From contig JAUVXV010000003.1 of assembly GCA_030603365.1 (NCBI GenBank), positions 160,001-224,000 of the forward strand: 64,000 nucleotides of DNA. Direction: 5' to 3'. The position numbers were made by a program, and so were the translations under genes. Every line of letters starts with the position of its first letter. Position 1 is the first letter of the stretch. Below, piece by piece: positions 19,386 to 28,590 of this stretch. Under the pieces are notes generated by a model. That model made no database searches and was not told the DNA's origin. It worked only from the letters and a program-made list of their open reading frames with translations. This DNA comes from Candidatus Heimdallarchaeota archaeon (GTDB lineage Archaea > Asgardarchaeota > Heimdallarchaeia > Heimdallarchaeales > Heimdallarchaeaceae).

Positions 19386-20651
19386 ATGATAATCGAAGAA
19401 TATGAAGCCAAATCCTTAGTTCGAACAAGTAGAACTTCGTTATTTTCTTGGGCTGAAGTCTACCTTAATCCATATCAGGGCTGTTTTCATGATTGTGTTT
19501 ATTGTGATGGAAAAGCTGAAGGCTATTATATGCATGATGATTTTGGTAGCCGACTAAGAGTTAAGAAAAATGCTCCTGAACTTCTAGAAAAGTATCTAAA
19601 GAAGAAGGGGTTTTTCCCTATTAATCGAGAAAAAACCTCAACATTAGTTGACTATTTTCCTAATTTGAGAGATTCAGCTGATTCTAATCAACCTGCCAAA
19701 TTTACTCTATTTATTGGTGGAGGAGTTTGTGATGTATATCAACCCGCTGAAAAAGAAGTTGGAATGACAAGAAAGCTACTACAGATAGCTTATGATTACA
19801 AGATACCTGTTTTTTTCCTGACTAAGAATGATCTGATCCTCAAAGATATTGACTTACTTAAGAAGATCAATGAAGAAAGCTATGCTTGTGCAAGTTTCAC
19901 GATAACATTAGCAGATGAAAAAGTACAGAAAATATTTGAACCAAATGCTAGTACAACCGATGAGCGTTTTGACGCAATTAAGCAGTTAAGAAAAGAAGGT
20001 ATTCACTCTGGTATCTATTTCTATCCTACTCTGCCCTTTATAGGAGATACAGAGCAGAATATGGAAACAATTTACAAGAGAGCTAAAGAAGTAGGGGCAG
20101 AATTCATATATTGCTGGGGCTTAACATTGAAACCTGGAAAAAATAAGACTGAATTCATGAATACCTTGAAAGAACATTTCCCAGATATCTATCCAAAATA
20201 CAAGATTCTCTATGGAAATGAAGATAAATATGGTAATCTAGATAGAGTTGAATTTGAGGAACTTGGTTTAATTTGGCCTGAGATCAAAGGATATAAATTA
20301 GGATACGAGGTAGGGATAGATTATACATCAGAAAGATATGTGCCAGAAGGTAGAATAAAAACCAATTTGCAACTTTCAGCTCTACTTCATAGGTTGGCAT
20401 ATCTTAAGAGTTTCTTTGTTAAAAGCTCCAGATATGAAATAAGACAATTAAATGAAGCTGCAAGATTTCTGAATACTTTTAACAGAGATTTTTCTAAGTT
20501 GAATGATGAAGAAAAAGAACAGACAGAAATTGATGGCGGAATAATGCATTATATTGATGAATATCTTAAAAATGAAGAGAGTAGAGCATTAGAAGGTCTA
20601 GAGAAATTATCCTATGAAACTGTCTGTAACTATCTTAGAACAAAGGAATAA
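19386..20651 (+). CDS. Radical SAM protein, spore photoproduct lyase-like, with C-terminal helical extension
   Basis: NPYQGCFHDCVYC, DVYQPAE, LTK..LILKDIDLL, FEPNAS, LPFIGD; ORF track start is 19353. Confidence 0.88.
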   Translation: MIIEEYEAKSLVRTSRTSLFSWAEVYLNPYQGCFHDCVYCDGKAEGYYMHDDFGSRLRVKKNAPELLEKYLKKKGFFPINREKTSTLVDYFPNLRDSADSNQPAKFTLFIGGGVCDVYQPAEKEVGMTRKLLQIAYDYKIPVFFLTKNDLILKDIDLLKKINEESYACASFTITLADEKVQKIFEPNASTTDERFDAIKQLRKEGIHSGIYFYPTLPFIGDTEQNMETIYKRAKEVGAEFIYCWGLTLKPGKNKTEFMNTLKEHFPDIYPKYKILYGNEDKYGNLDRVEFEELGLIWPEIKGYKLGYEVGIDYTSERYVPEGRIKTNLQLSALLHRLAYLKSFFVKSSRYEIRQLNEAARFLNTFNRDFSKLNDEEKEQTEIDGGIMHYIDEYLKNEESRALEGLEKLSYETVCNYLRTKE

Positions 20652-20730
20652 TCGTAATTTAGCAGCTATTTTCATTTAGATAACGGAAATGTGTGAAAAA
20701 GATATATAGAATAGAAATAAAACTAAAATT

Positions 20731-21396
20731 ATGAGTGATTCAATTAGAATCATGAGAATTCAGAGAATTCTTCGTTTCATTATTTGGTCTATAGGTTTGT
20801 TAATAATAATTACTGTTGCTTTAGCATGGTCTCTCTATTCCGAGAAATATGATTTCTTTGGTGAGACTATAAGCCAATTAGGCGGGATGGAAAGTGATAC
20901 TGGTTTGGATAACACTAAATCCTCCATAGTTATGATGGTTGGTTTTATTCTTGTTAGCATATTTACTCTAGGATTATCCATATCTTACTTCATCTTGAAA
21001 AAATTGCGATATAATTATGTTAAAGGAGCTTTTCTTCTATCAATGATGGTTGGTGGAATTGGAATATCGCTTCCTTGGGATCATCCTTCTTTTATAATAA
21101 TTCATAGCATAGGTGCTGCTATTTTTTTGCTCTCTTTTGCTGCTTTCAACTTTGTATCTCAAATATTAAGGTATCTGAGAAAACACAAACCAAAATTCAA
21201 TAGAAAGAGTTTTGATTTCTGGATAGATTTTATCTTTGTTTGGCTAGTTTTTCTTACTTTTGCCATACACTTGTTAGCTTGTTTATTGGAGGTGTGCCAG
21301 ATTTTCATTATTGGTTTAGACCTAGTAATAACTCAGAAAATAGCTTTAATGGTGAATCTCATAGCGATCATTTTGTTAGATAAAGAAGATATGTAG
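20731..21396 (+). CDS. DUF998-like membrane protein
   Basis: ETISQLG and HSIGA motifs, about 6 TM segments. Confidence 0.7.
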   Translation: MSDSIRIMRIQRILRFIIWSIGLLIIITVALAWSLYSEKYDFFGETISQLGGMESDTGLDNTKSSIVMMVGFILVSIFTLGLSISYFILKKLRYNYVKGAFLLSMMVGGIGISLPWDHPSFIIIHSIGAAIFLLSFAAFNFVSQILRYLRKHKPKFNRKSFDFWIDFIFVWLVFLTFAIHLLACLLEVCQIFIIGLDLVITQKIALMVNLIAIILLDKEDM

Positions 21397-21429
21397 TTTG
21401 ATTTAACCTCTTAAACTTCTGATAATCAT

Positions 21430-22332
21430 CTAAGCATTAAGCAATGTCTCTATAATTTCTTCAAATCGATTTATAAGAATGGAAACATGAGCTTCTTCTG
21501 GATAGAATTTAGAAACACATTGTGATATTTCTGATGCTACATATTTTCCAATAGCAATAGGAACGTTCTTATCTAATTCTCCATGCCAGAGGAAATACTT
21601 CAAGGTTTTTTGAATCTTGGAGAGCTCAAATCCCCATGGTTCAACCTGTAAATTGCCATCTATAAATGGACCTAGATATCCTTGGCGAAAGATTTCAACA
21701 AAATGAATACTAAAATATGATAACATTTTTTCATTTTTATATAATTCAGCATCTGGCTTAGGAAGAGCTTTCTCAGCAAGTTTTGCTTGCTTAGCAAGAA
21801 GTTTCTCCAGTTTCTCTTCATTTTTTATATTTTTAAAGGACTGTTTCAATGAAAATTTCATTAGAAACGGCAGTCTCTTTATGATTCTAAATAGAGTTTT
21901 ATTTGGATTGATGAAGAACTTTTTTGACTCTTTATAAGAAGCTACACCCGCAACTATCCCTGCGGAAATAATTCTTTCTGGAATTTTGTATGCACAAGCT
22001 GCAATATATGGTCCTCCTCCAGAAACCCCTAAAATATGGAACTTTTGGAATTCTAGATGATCAGCTAATTCTATAACATCATCAGGCCAATCCAAAACGG
22101 TTCTATCGGGTTTATTATCTGATAATCCCATTCCAGGTCTATCTAAGCTTATTAATCTGCAATTGATTTCTTTTTCAAACATGTCCAGTACCAGTGGTTC
22201 TAATCTTCCACCAGCATATCCATGAAAATAGAAAACTGGTGATCCTTTTAGATTTCCAAATTCAGCAAAACCTAATTTTCTCCCATCCTTTAGCTGGAAA
22301 GTTTGATTCAGGATATCATCGGTAATGTTCAT
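21430..22332 (-). CDS. Alpha/beta hydrolase
   Basis: DGRKLGFAEFG, FHG, DRPGMG, GVSGGGP nucleophile elbow, HGELD, EAH. Confidence 0.92.
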   Translation of the reverse strand: MNITDDILNQTFQLKDGRKLGFAEFGNLKGSPVFYFHGYAGGRLEPLVLDMFEKEINCRLISLDRPGMGLSDNKPDRTVLDWPDDVIELADHLEFQKFHILGVSGGGPYIAACAYKIPERIISAGIVAGVASYKESKKFFINPNKTLFRIIKRLPFLMKFSLKQSFKNIKNEEKLEKLLAKQAKLAEKALPKPDAELYKNEKMLSYFSIHFVEIFRQGYLGPFIDGNLQVEPWGFELSKIQKTLKYFLWHGELDKNVPIAIGKYVASEISQCVSKFYPEEAHVSILINRFEEIIETLLNA

Positions 22333-22596
22333 ATGAATTCTTCAAAAGAAATGCATTTAAGGCTTTGTTATGGTATATCTCGTTGATATTCATCTCTTTT
22401 CTAGATGCAATAAGTAACAAAATATCTTTCCCTATATAATATATATCGCATAATCAATATGATTCTTTTTTCTGTAGATTTCTATTTCATTTGTCTTTCT
22501 AACAAAGATATACTTTTAAATTTGGATTGTTAACTATTTCAGTTTGATAAATTCTTGTCATTTGAATGTATCAAATAAAAATCTTAGTGAAATGAA

Positions 22597-23361
22597 ATGA
22601 ACAGACAAATAATAAAAGGATTAATTTTCGTTTTTTTTCTCGTACTAGGAATTCAAACAAGTTTAACCACAGCTGCTTCTCCAGTTAGAAATTATTCTGG
22701 TATTCTTGAATTTGGTGACGAATTTGTTTGGGATATGACTTATTACACTGTCAATGTGCCACTTGACTATTATTTTATGAACATGGGAAACAATAGTGTA
22801 ATAACACTTGAAATTCTACAGAATTTAGAAGATGTGAATTTTGTTGGGATTGATTTTAGCAATTATGTTAACTATTTCAACCTTACTTTTGGTGATGAAA
22901 TATTCAATTTTGGTTGGGATGATCCTTTTCATTGGTTCATTTGCCCTGTCTATATTGATGATGGAGCAGGCAGTGTATCTAATCCCGCGGAAACTCAGTG
23001 GATATATTATATTATTGACGATTTCTTATTCGAAAGTGAAGGAAAAGAAATGAGTTTCAGTATAGACATAATCAATAATCAAGTGAATTATGTTGGTTCC
23101 ATTAAATATCTTGATGATAACACTATTCTGAGTGTAAATCTTGTGATAGATAGAAATACTGGAATAATGATTCTTATTGATTTTAGAGTAGAAAATACAA
23201 CTGGTGAGGAAACATTCACTCGGTGGTTAATAAAACAAAGAGGAGTAGAACTTAGTACCAGTAGTGTTTCTCTTTCAGTAATATTACCATTAATGATAAT
23301 TGCATTAATACTAATTCCTGTATTAACGTTTAAAAGACGAAGAAATACTAAATTAAACTGA
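22597..23361 (+). CDS. Secreted/surface protein with C-terminal TM anchor and basic tail
   Basis: N-terminal signal peptide; C-terminus VILPLMIIALILIPVLTF-KRRR. Confidence 0.75.
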   Translation: MNRQIIKGLIFVFFLVLGIQTSLTTAASPVRNYSGILEFGDEFVWDMTYYTVNVPLDYYFMNMGNNSVITLEILQNLEDVNFVGIDFSNYVNYFNLTFGDEIFNFGWDDPFHWFICPVYIDDGAGSVSNPAETQWIYYIIDDFLFESEGKEMSFSIDIINNQVNYVGSIKYLDDNTILSVNLVIDRNTGIMILIDFRVENTTGEETFTRWLIKQRGVELSTSSVSLSVILPLMIIALILIPVLTFKRRRNTKLN

Positions 23362-23420
23362 ATTATAGAAATATGTAAACATTCCCTTCTCCTTTTTTTT
23401 AAGGAAGTAAAATATTTCTG

Positions 23421-24284
23421 TTATTTTATCTTCTTCAAGAGCTTTCTTATCAATTCTACCATTTCAGCTGAGTGAGTTGCCCTGTTAGTACCCATATCCA
23501 TATACTCTGCATCAGGTATTGCTTCTGCTATCTGCTTTGCTAATTCAGCAGTGTGCATCTTATCTGTCTCCATCCCAATAACAACAACATAATTGTCTTC
23601 TATTTGTTTGTATAAATCCCAAACTTTTGTAAAACAAACTCTCTTAGCAACAGCTCTCCATTTCTTGGGATCAGCTTCCTCCATTACTCGGATATATTTA
23701 GCCGCTTGAACAGCATCCTCACTCTTAAATTTCTTGACCCACCATATCCAAATAGGTTTAGTGACATAGAAGAGAAAAGTTGGTAGGATATGCATGATAT
23801 ATCTAGTTGTGGGTGGCATGTTGAACTGATAAACAGGACCAATAAGAACAGATAATGCGGGTTTAATCTTCTTAGTCCCCAAAAGATCTGCTATTGTTAA
23901 AGTACTGAAAGAGGTAGTAAGTGTAATAATCTTACTTTGATCAATCTTAAGATACTCAACAATCTCTTTGACATCTAAAGCAAGTCTACTAACGTCATTT
24001 TTGATTTTTCCTTTGCCAGGACGAAAAGAGATTTTCTCTCTTGATTCAATATATAAAATATCAAAATCTTTAATCGCTTCCATTAATACTTCTTCCCAAC
24101 CTGGAACAATTGATGACCAACCAGGGATGATAAGAAAAGTGAATCCATTAGCTTTATCTTTTGGAGCTTTGGTTGTAAGAATCTTAACCTCAGAACCATC
24201 AGAAACCTTGATATATTGTTCTTTTGCTTTTTCTTCAAATTCTGAAATTAATTTGTGGTTAAAGACTTGTTCTTGATTGGACAT
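23421..24284 (-). CDS. Divergent alpha/beta hydrolase-fold protein
   Basis: IPGW, ESREK, TTSFS at the elbow position, ETDKMH, ATHS; likely ATG at 24284. Confidence 0.65.
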   Translation of the reverse strand: MSNQEQVFNHKLISEFEEKAKEQYIKVSDGSEVKILTTKAPKDKANGFTFLIIPGWSSIVPGWEEVLMEAIKDFDILYIESREKISFRPGKGKIKNDVSRLALDVKEIVEYLKIDQSKIITLTTSFSTLTIADLLGTKKIKPALSVLIGPVYQFNMPPTTRYIMHILPTFLFYVTKPIWIWWVKKFKSEDAVQAAKYIRVMEEADPKKWRAVAKRVCFTKVWDLYKQIEDNYVVVIGMETDKMHTAELAKQIAEAIPDAEYMDMGTNRATHSAEMVELIRKLLKKIK

Positions 24285-24379
24285 GACATGTGGAAACAAA
24301 AAAGCTTGGTTATAATATTTACTCTTGAACAATTTCTTGAATAATACTTGTAAAATATACACCTGATTTACTGAAAACA

Positions 24380-24853
24380 TCATTCTTTGAAAATATGTTC
24401 ATGAGGACCTCTATACCATCCTCTCAGTAAGGTAGGTTTTAGTTTAAGTATAGTAAAGTCTGGATCATCATAGCCCTCAGGATAGTATACTTTCCAGTTA
24501 TCCATCCAGATTTTTGCTTTAAAACCCATGTCTTCCAATACTTCAGCTGACCCCTGTAGCATAATTCCTTTTACTTCATCAGGGATGCTAAAATACAGTG
24601 CAATTTTCTGATTCTTCAATATGTGTTTCAACTTAATAGAAGAGGTATTTGTTGAGATATATGCAGTGTAAGGATCTTCATCATATTCTTTGATTACTTG
24701 AGCAGGATGAGCAAACTTCTCCTTACATCTCAGATTAAAAACCGCTCTAATTGATGGAAAACCATTTTCATCAATAGTAGCAAGATATGCAGCATATGGT
24801 CTTTCCATTAGTTCATCCAATAATTGTTGAGTTTCCTCTTTCAACTTAATCAT
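24380..24853 (-). CDS. Pyridoxamine 5'-phosphate oxidase-like FMN split-barrel protein
   Basis: AYLATIDENGFPSIR, STNTSS.K, YYPEGYDDPDFTILKLKP. Confidence 0.85.
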   Translation of the reverse strand: MIKLKEETQQLLDELMERPYAAYLATIDENGFPSIRAVFNLRCKEKFAHPAQVIKEYDEDPYTAYISTNTSSIKLKHILKNQKIALYFSIPDEVKGIMLQGSAEVLEDMGFKAKIWMDNWKVYYPEGYDDPDFTILKLKPTLLRGWYRGPHEHIFKE

Positions 24854-24924
24854 CTAAAGAGTAAGCAGTTTTGACTATAAAAAGCTACTTCCCAGAACTA
24901 TCTGACGTCTTTAAACCTGTACCT

Positions 24925-25212
24925 TCACATATACCACAGGTTTTTGTACCATCAGGAACAGTTACAATCAATGGTACTGCAAAAATTTTACCAATAGAGA
25001 ATGAAGAAATTCTTGATATATTTTCTAAGAAGAGAATTCTTCGCTTAATTACTAGCCATCTTACACCAGAAGAGAAAAAAGAGGTGGTTTTCTTGAAGAT
25101 AAAACCTGATCCTAAGATATTATGTTATGGTGTAGGGATAAGCATCATGAAGCTTAGAGGTGGTCATACAGAAGGAGGATATTCAGTAATAATCCCAGAA
25201 GAAAGAGGATGA
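24925..25212 (+). pseudogene. 5'-truncated split-barrel (PNPOx-like) gene, paralog of 27993..28466
   Basis: FVPSGTVTINGTAKILP...KIKP..KILCYGVGI aligns by eye to LVPAPPAEIHFKATAEILP...KVTP..RINLYGIGV. The N-terminal half is absent, and the ORF's TTG overlaps the TATA box of the opposite gene. Confidence 0.55.
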
Positions 25213-25229
25213 TAGTGTAAGATGATTTG

Positions 25230-26288
25230 TTAAATCTTCTTTGTGATTGGTTTCTCATATCCCATGATTTCTATTATTTCATGCCATCTAGAGTAAATTC
25301 GGTTAACATCTTCCTCTTGAAAAGTGTAAGTACTTGGTGTATAATCTTTCACACCTTCTAGATATTCTTCAATAAGTGGTTTTGCCTTTTCATATCCTGG
25401 AAGAGATAATTTATCATAAATTTGTGTCATTGTATCTAAGGGATTTGCTACAAAATTTTCATATCTTATCTCAATAAAATTACCTTCTGGAATAAGTCCC
25501 ACTTCCTCATAGAATATCTTGTACATTCCTTCAAAAATAGTAAATACAAACTCATCTAAATCTGGATAACTATCTTGTAATTGTAGAATTGTAACAAGTT
25601 TCTCATGCATCCTTCTTGTTGAATAGAAAACCTCGAAAGGATTTCGCATAATGTGTACAAACTTTGCATTAGGATATAATTCTAACAGGAATTTCACTCT
25701 TGCAGTATCTACTGGACTTTTCAGTATCAATCTCTTGTTTTTCTTTTTTATAGTTAATTTCTTGATAATAAAATCAAAACTTTGTTTAATTTTCTTAATC
25801 TGTTTATCAGTTATGTCTTCCAGAGTTACGTATTTATTGTAAAAATCTTGGTTTTCTGGGAAATATCCTCCAACATAGGGTGACATTGAGCTTAAATTAG
25901 CCACTGCAAAATCATGTTCACTAGGTACATTCGGATTAATTTTCCAATCATCTTGAGGACGAGTTTCAGGTAAAACACTCCCCATAACTTTACTTAATAA
26001 CCCTGAGGAATAAAGAAAATGATTTGGAAAAACGCTCTCAAAAAGTGTCATGAATGCAAAATCAGGATTGCAATTGAAGAGATCATGGAGTAAAGTTGTA
26101 CCTTGACGCCAGTGTCCTAGAATAAAAACTGGAGGTTTCTTTATCTTCACTCTTCTAATTTTACGCCAAGTTAGAACTTTTTCTACTATAGCGAGTGGAG
26201 AGAATAGAATTATCAAAAATGTGATAAGAAAGACATGTGGGATTTTCTTCAAAGATACATTGAATTGATTTTCACCGAGAAGTTTCAT
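25230..26288 (-). CDS. PAPS-dependent sulfotransferase (Sulfotransfer_3/Stf3-like)
   Basis: PVFILGHWRQGTTLL (5'-PSB), LKSP, HIMRNPFEVFYS (3'-PB), RYENFV; start uncertain. Confidence 0.88.
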   Translation of the reverse strand: MKLLGENQFNVSLKKIPHVFLITFLIILFSPLAIVEKVLTWRKIRRVKIKKPPVFILGHWRQGTTLLHDLFNCNPDFAFMTLFESVFPNHFLYSSGLLSKVMGSVLPETRPQDDWKINPNVPSEHDFAVANLSSMSPYVGGYFPENQDFYNKYVTLEDITDKQIKKIKQSFDFIIKKLTIKKKNKRLILKSPVDTARVKFLLELYPNAKFVHIMRNPFEVFYSTRRMHEKLVTILQLQDSYPDLDEFVFTIFEGMYKIFYEEVGLIPEGNFIEIRYENFVANPLDTMTQIYDKLSLPGYEKAKPLIEEYLEGVKDYTPSTYTFQEEDVNRIYSRWHEIIEIMGYEKPITKKI

Positions 26289-26452
26289 CCAGACCGAGAA
26301 ATCCGCACCTACTGCAAAGATATGTTTAGCCCCCTGAGTTTATTTTGTTGATTAATTCTTACTTTCTAATATTAAAAGAAATTGTGTGAAACGATGATTT
26401 TTCAGCATTATTTCTTATTTTTGTTTGAAGAACTATACATAAAAAAGATAGA

Positions 26453-26497
26453 AATTAAGAGTATTCAGAATTCCTTTTTTCATATATACTCTTAATT
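26453..26497 (-). terminator. 12-bp perfect inverted repeat downstream of the poly-Gly gene
   Basis: AATTAAGAGTAT (26453-26464) / ATACTCTTAATT (26486-26497), 21-nt loop, 10 nt past the stop. Confidence 0.45.
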
Positions 26498-26507
26498 CTC
26501 TAGTGAA

Positions 26508-27368
26508 TTATGCTGGATGTATGTATATCCTTATTTTCTGACTAATTGTAGAAAGAGGAATCGTTCCACCATATGGTGGGTCATAGTAATAATATAGCGT
26601 ATCTGTCCAAATTCCGAAAGTATAAATTGAAGAACTAGGTTTTATAACTGCACGTACAAGATTATTAGCTGATGCATCCCATGCATCTTGAGATGTATGA
26701 TCACATGCACCTATCCATGTCCAGTATGCATCTTGTGAATCTCCAAAACCTGAATTCTGTGTATACTCATACTCATTGATACTTGATATAAAGCACAATG
26801 CATTAAAGATACTTAATGCTGTTCCTATATGTGGAAGGAAACCGAGTGCTATTGTTGCTCCCTCAATTGCCTTTAAAAGGGGACCTTCTCCTTCTCCACC
26901 TGCATATGCTACATAATTTACTCCTCCTGCATCTGTTGAGAAATCCTTCTTAAAAGCTACTGCAGTTAACGCAGCATTCGATTTTTCTATATTAATATCA
27001 GTTAAGTAAGGATTCGAATCATAGGTCTCCGCTTCAGGGTCTTTGTCAACATGTCGAATAGATACAGCAAACTGTAGCTCCCATGTATTACTTCCTGATG
27101 CATAGAATGAATAAATGTTTACTGCAATAGATAGAGCAACATTTGTATCTTGAACATACCGATGTATCTCGAATGATTCAGTAAAATCATCTCCATATTG
27201 TATATGAATACCGAGTCCATCGATATATGGGTAGTTTATCGGTGGGGGTGCTCCTCCACCTCCACCTCCACCTCCTCCACCTCCACCATATGCACTTGCA
27301 TATATGGTGCCAAATGATGTGGAGAAAATTACTATTAATAATATACTTACTACTTGTTTTCGATTCAA
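26508..27368 (-). CDS. Secreted hypothetical protein with Gly12-Pro linker
   Basis: GGAGGT SD before the TTG start, signal peptide, G12APPP, beta-rich body with a hydrophobic segment. Confidence 0.75.
   Translation of the reverse strand: MNRKQVVSILLIVIFSTSFGTIYASAYGGGGGGGGGGGGAPPPINYPYIDGLGIHIQYGDDFTESFEIHRYVQDTNVALSIAVNIYSFYASGSNTWELQFAVSIRHVDKDPEAETYDSNPYLTDINIEKSNAALTAVAFKKDFSTDAGGVNYVAYAGGEGEGPLLKAIEGATIALGFLPHIGTALSIFNALCFISSINEYEYTQNSGFGDSQDAYWTWIGACDHTSQDAWDASANNLVRAVIKPSSSIYTFGIWTDTLYYYYDPPYGGTIPLSTISQKIRIYIHPA
27252..27287 (-). repeat. (GGT/GGA)n tandem repeat encoding 12 Gly
   Basis: Plus strand tcctccacctccacctccacctcctccacctccacc. Confidence 0.9.
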
Positions 27369-27454
27369 CTAGAATCAACCTCCATTTTTGTAGTAAATAT
27401 TACTTAGTTTTTTGGCTTAATAAATCTATCTGGACAAAATGTGACACATTTGCA

Positions 27455-27955
27455 TTAAGACCATTTTAGTCTTTCACTTCTCCAATTTCGAAGCTTTTGT
27501 GCAAGTTCTCCAATATGGAATGAGTTGTGCCTTAATAGATAAACCAGTTTTTCATATACCGAATCAAACCACCTAAAATCATCTTTGAGCAATAGATCTT
27601 TATCCTTAGTTTCACTTAAGCTTCTTGAAATTCTTAACTCAATCTCTTCTAAATAGTTGTTCAAAAAACTCTTCGTAATTTTGGATTTTTTACTAATGAT
27701 TTCATCCTTTGAATCAATATCCCAATTAATACCAGTTTTAATTCCCCAAGTCATACTTTCAGGATTATTGCGAGAATAGAAATCAGCTGTCTCAATAATA
27801 TGGTAAACTGACCAAGAGTAGATCCAATCTCCTTCTCCCTCATGCCATTTTTCCTCTGGGCACTTATCAACAGCATCTCTAAGCATTTTCCACTTGCTTT
27901 CAAATTGCTTAAGGAGCACAAATCTAAAAGACATCTCTGACTTTATCTTCTTCAT
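27455..27955 (-). CDS. DinB family protein
   Basis: ML..AVDKCPEEKW, YHIIE, LRHNSFHIGEL. Confidence 0.85.
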   Translation of the reverse strand: MKKIKSEMSFRFVLLKQFESKWKMLRDAVDKCPEEKWHEGEGDWIYSWSVYHIIETADFYSRNNPESMTWGIKTGINWDIDSKDEIISKKSKITKSFLNNYLEEIELRISRSLSETKDKDLLLKDDFRWFDSVYEKLVYLLRHNSFHIGELAQKLRNWRSERLKWS

Positions 27956-27992
27956 TTCATATCTACCCTTCTATATCTTAATACATATTAAA

Positions 27993-28466
27993 TCATTGTA
28001 ATTCTAATACTTTCCTTGCTTTTATTGGATTTTGCATATCCCAGAGTTTTACACCAATACCGTACAAGTTTATTCGTTTTCCAGGTGTGACTTTTATCCA
28101 TATACTTTCCTTTTGTAACTCCTCAGGAAGCTCATGTTTCTGATATTTTTTCCATACATTTCTTGCATACTCGTCTTCAAAGGGTAAGATTTCAGCTGTT
28201 GCTTTGAAATGAATTTCTGCAGGTGGAGCTGGAACTAGTTTATGTATGAAATTTTTTCTAATTGGTATTGTAACTGAAACTTTATTGTTTTTTACTATGT
28301 TCTTTGCTTTTACAGTTATTTTACCTGTTTGAAGATAGATGTCCTTCCCATCACTTTGATACATCATTACACTACTTTGAGGTTGTTGTTTTTCATTAAC
28401 AGTAGCTAAAACCAACCAGATGTTTTTCTTTAATTCTTTTATATATTCCTTTTCTAAATTATTCAT
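27993..28466 (-). CDS. Pyridoxamine 5'-phosphate oxidase-like split-barrel protein
   Basis: VLATVNEKQQPQSS, KAKNIVKNNKVSVTI. Confidence 0.82.
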   Translation of the reverse strand: MNNLEKEYIKELKKNIWLVLATVNEKQQPQSSVMMYQSDGKDIYLQTGKITVKAKNIVKNNKVSVTIPIRKNFIHKLVPAPPAEIHFKATAEILPFEDEYARNVWKKYQKHELPEELQKESIWIKVTPGKRINLYGIGVKLWDMQNPIKARKVLELQ

Positions 28467-28499
28467 GAGTAGAATTTAGCATAACAGATAATAAACATT

Positions 28500-28566
28500 A
28501 CTACTAACAACGGTAGTAGTGAGCGAAAGATTTATTTATTTGAATACTACTTACTAAGATAGTAGT
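28500..28566. promoter_or_regulatory. Two palindromic operators ACTACT-N9-AGTAGT flanking BRE/TATA
   Basis: Sites at 28500-28520 and 28546-28566, with GCGAAAGA-TTTATTTA between them. The downstream operon encodes a TrmB regulator. Confidence 0.7.
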
Positions 28567-28590
28567 TACATTTCTTAACAAGAAGGTGAA

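Noticed and set aside
26453-26497. SECIS element
   Set aside because: There is no upper helix between AUGA and GA, and the upstream gene has no in-frame UGA.
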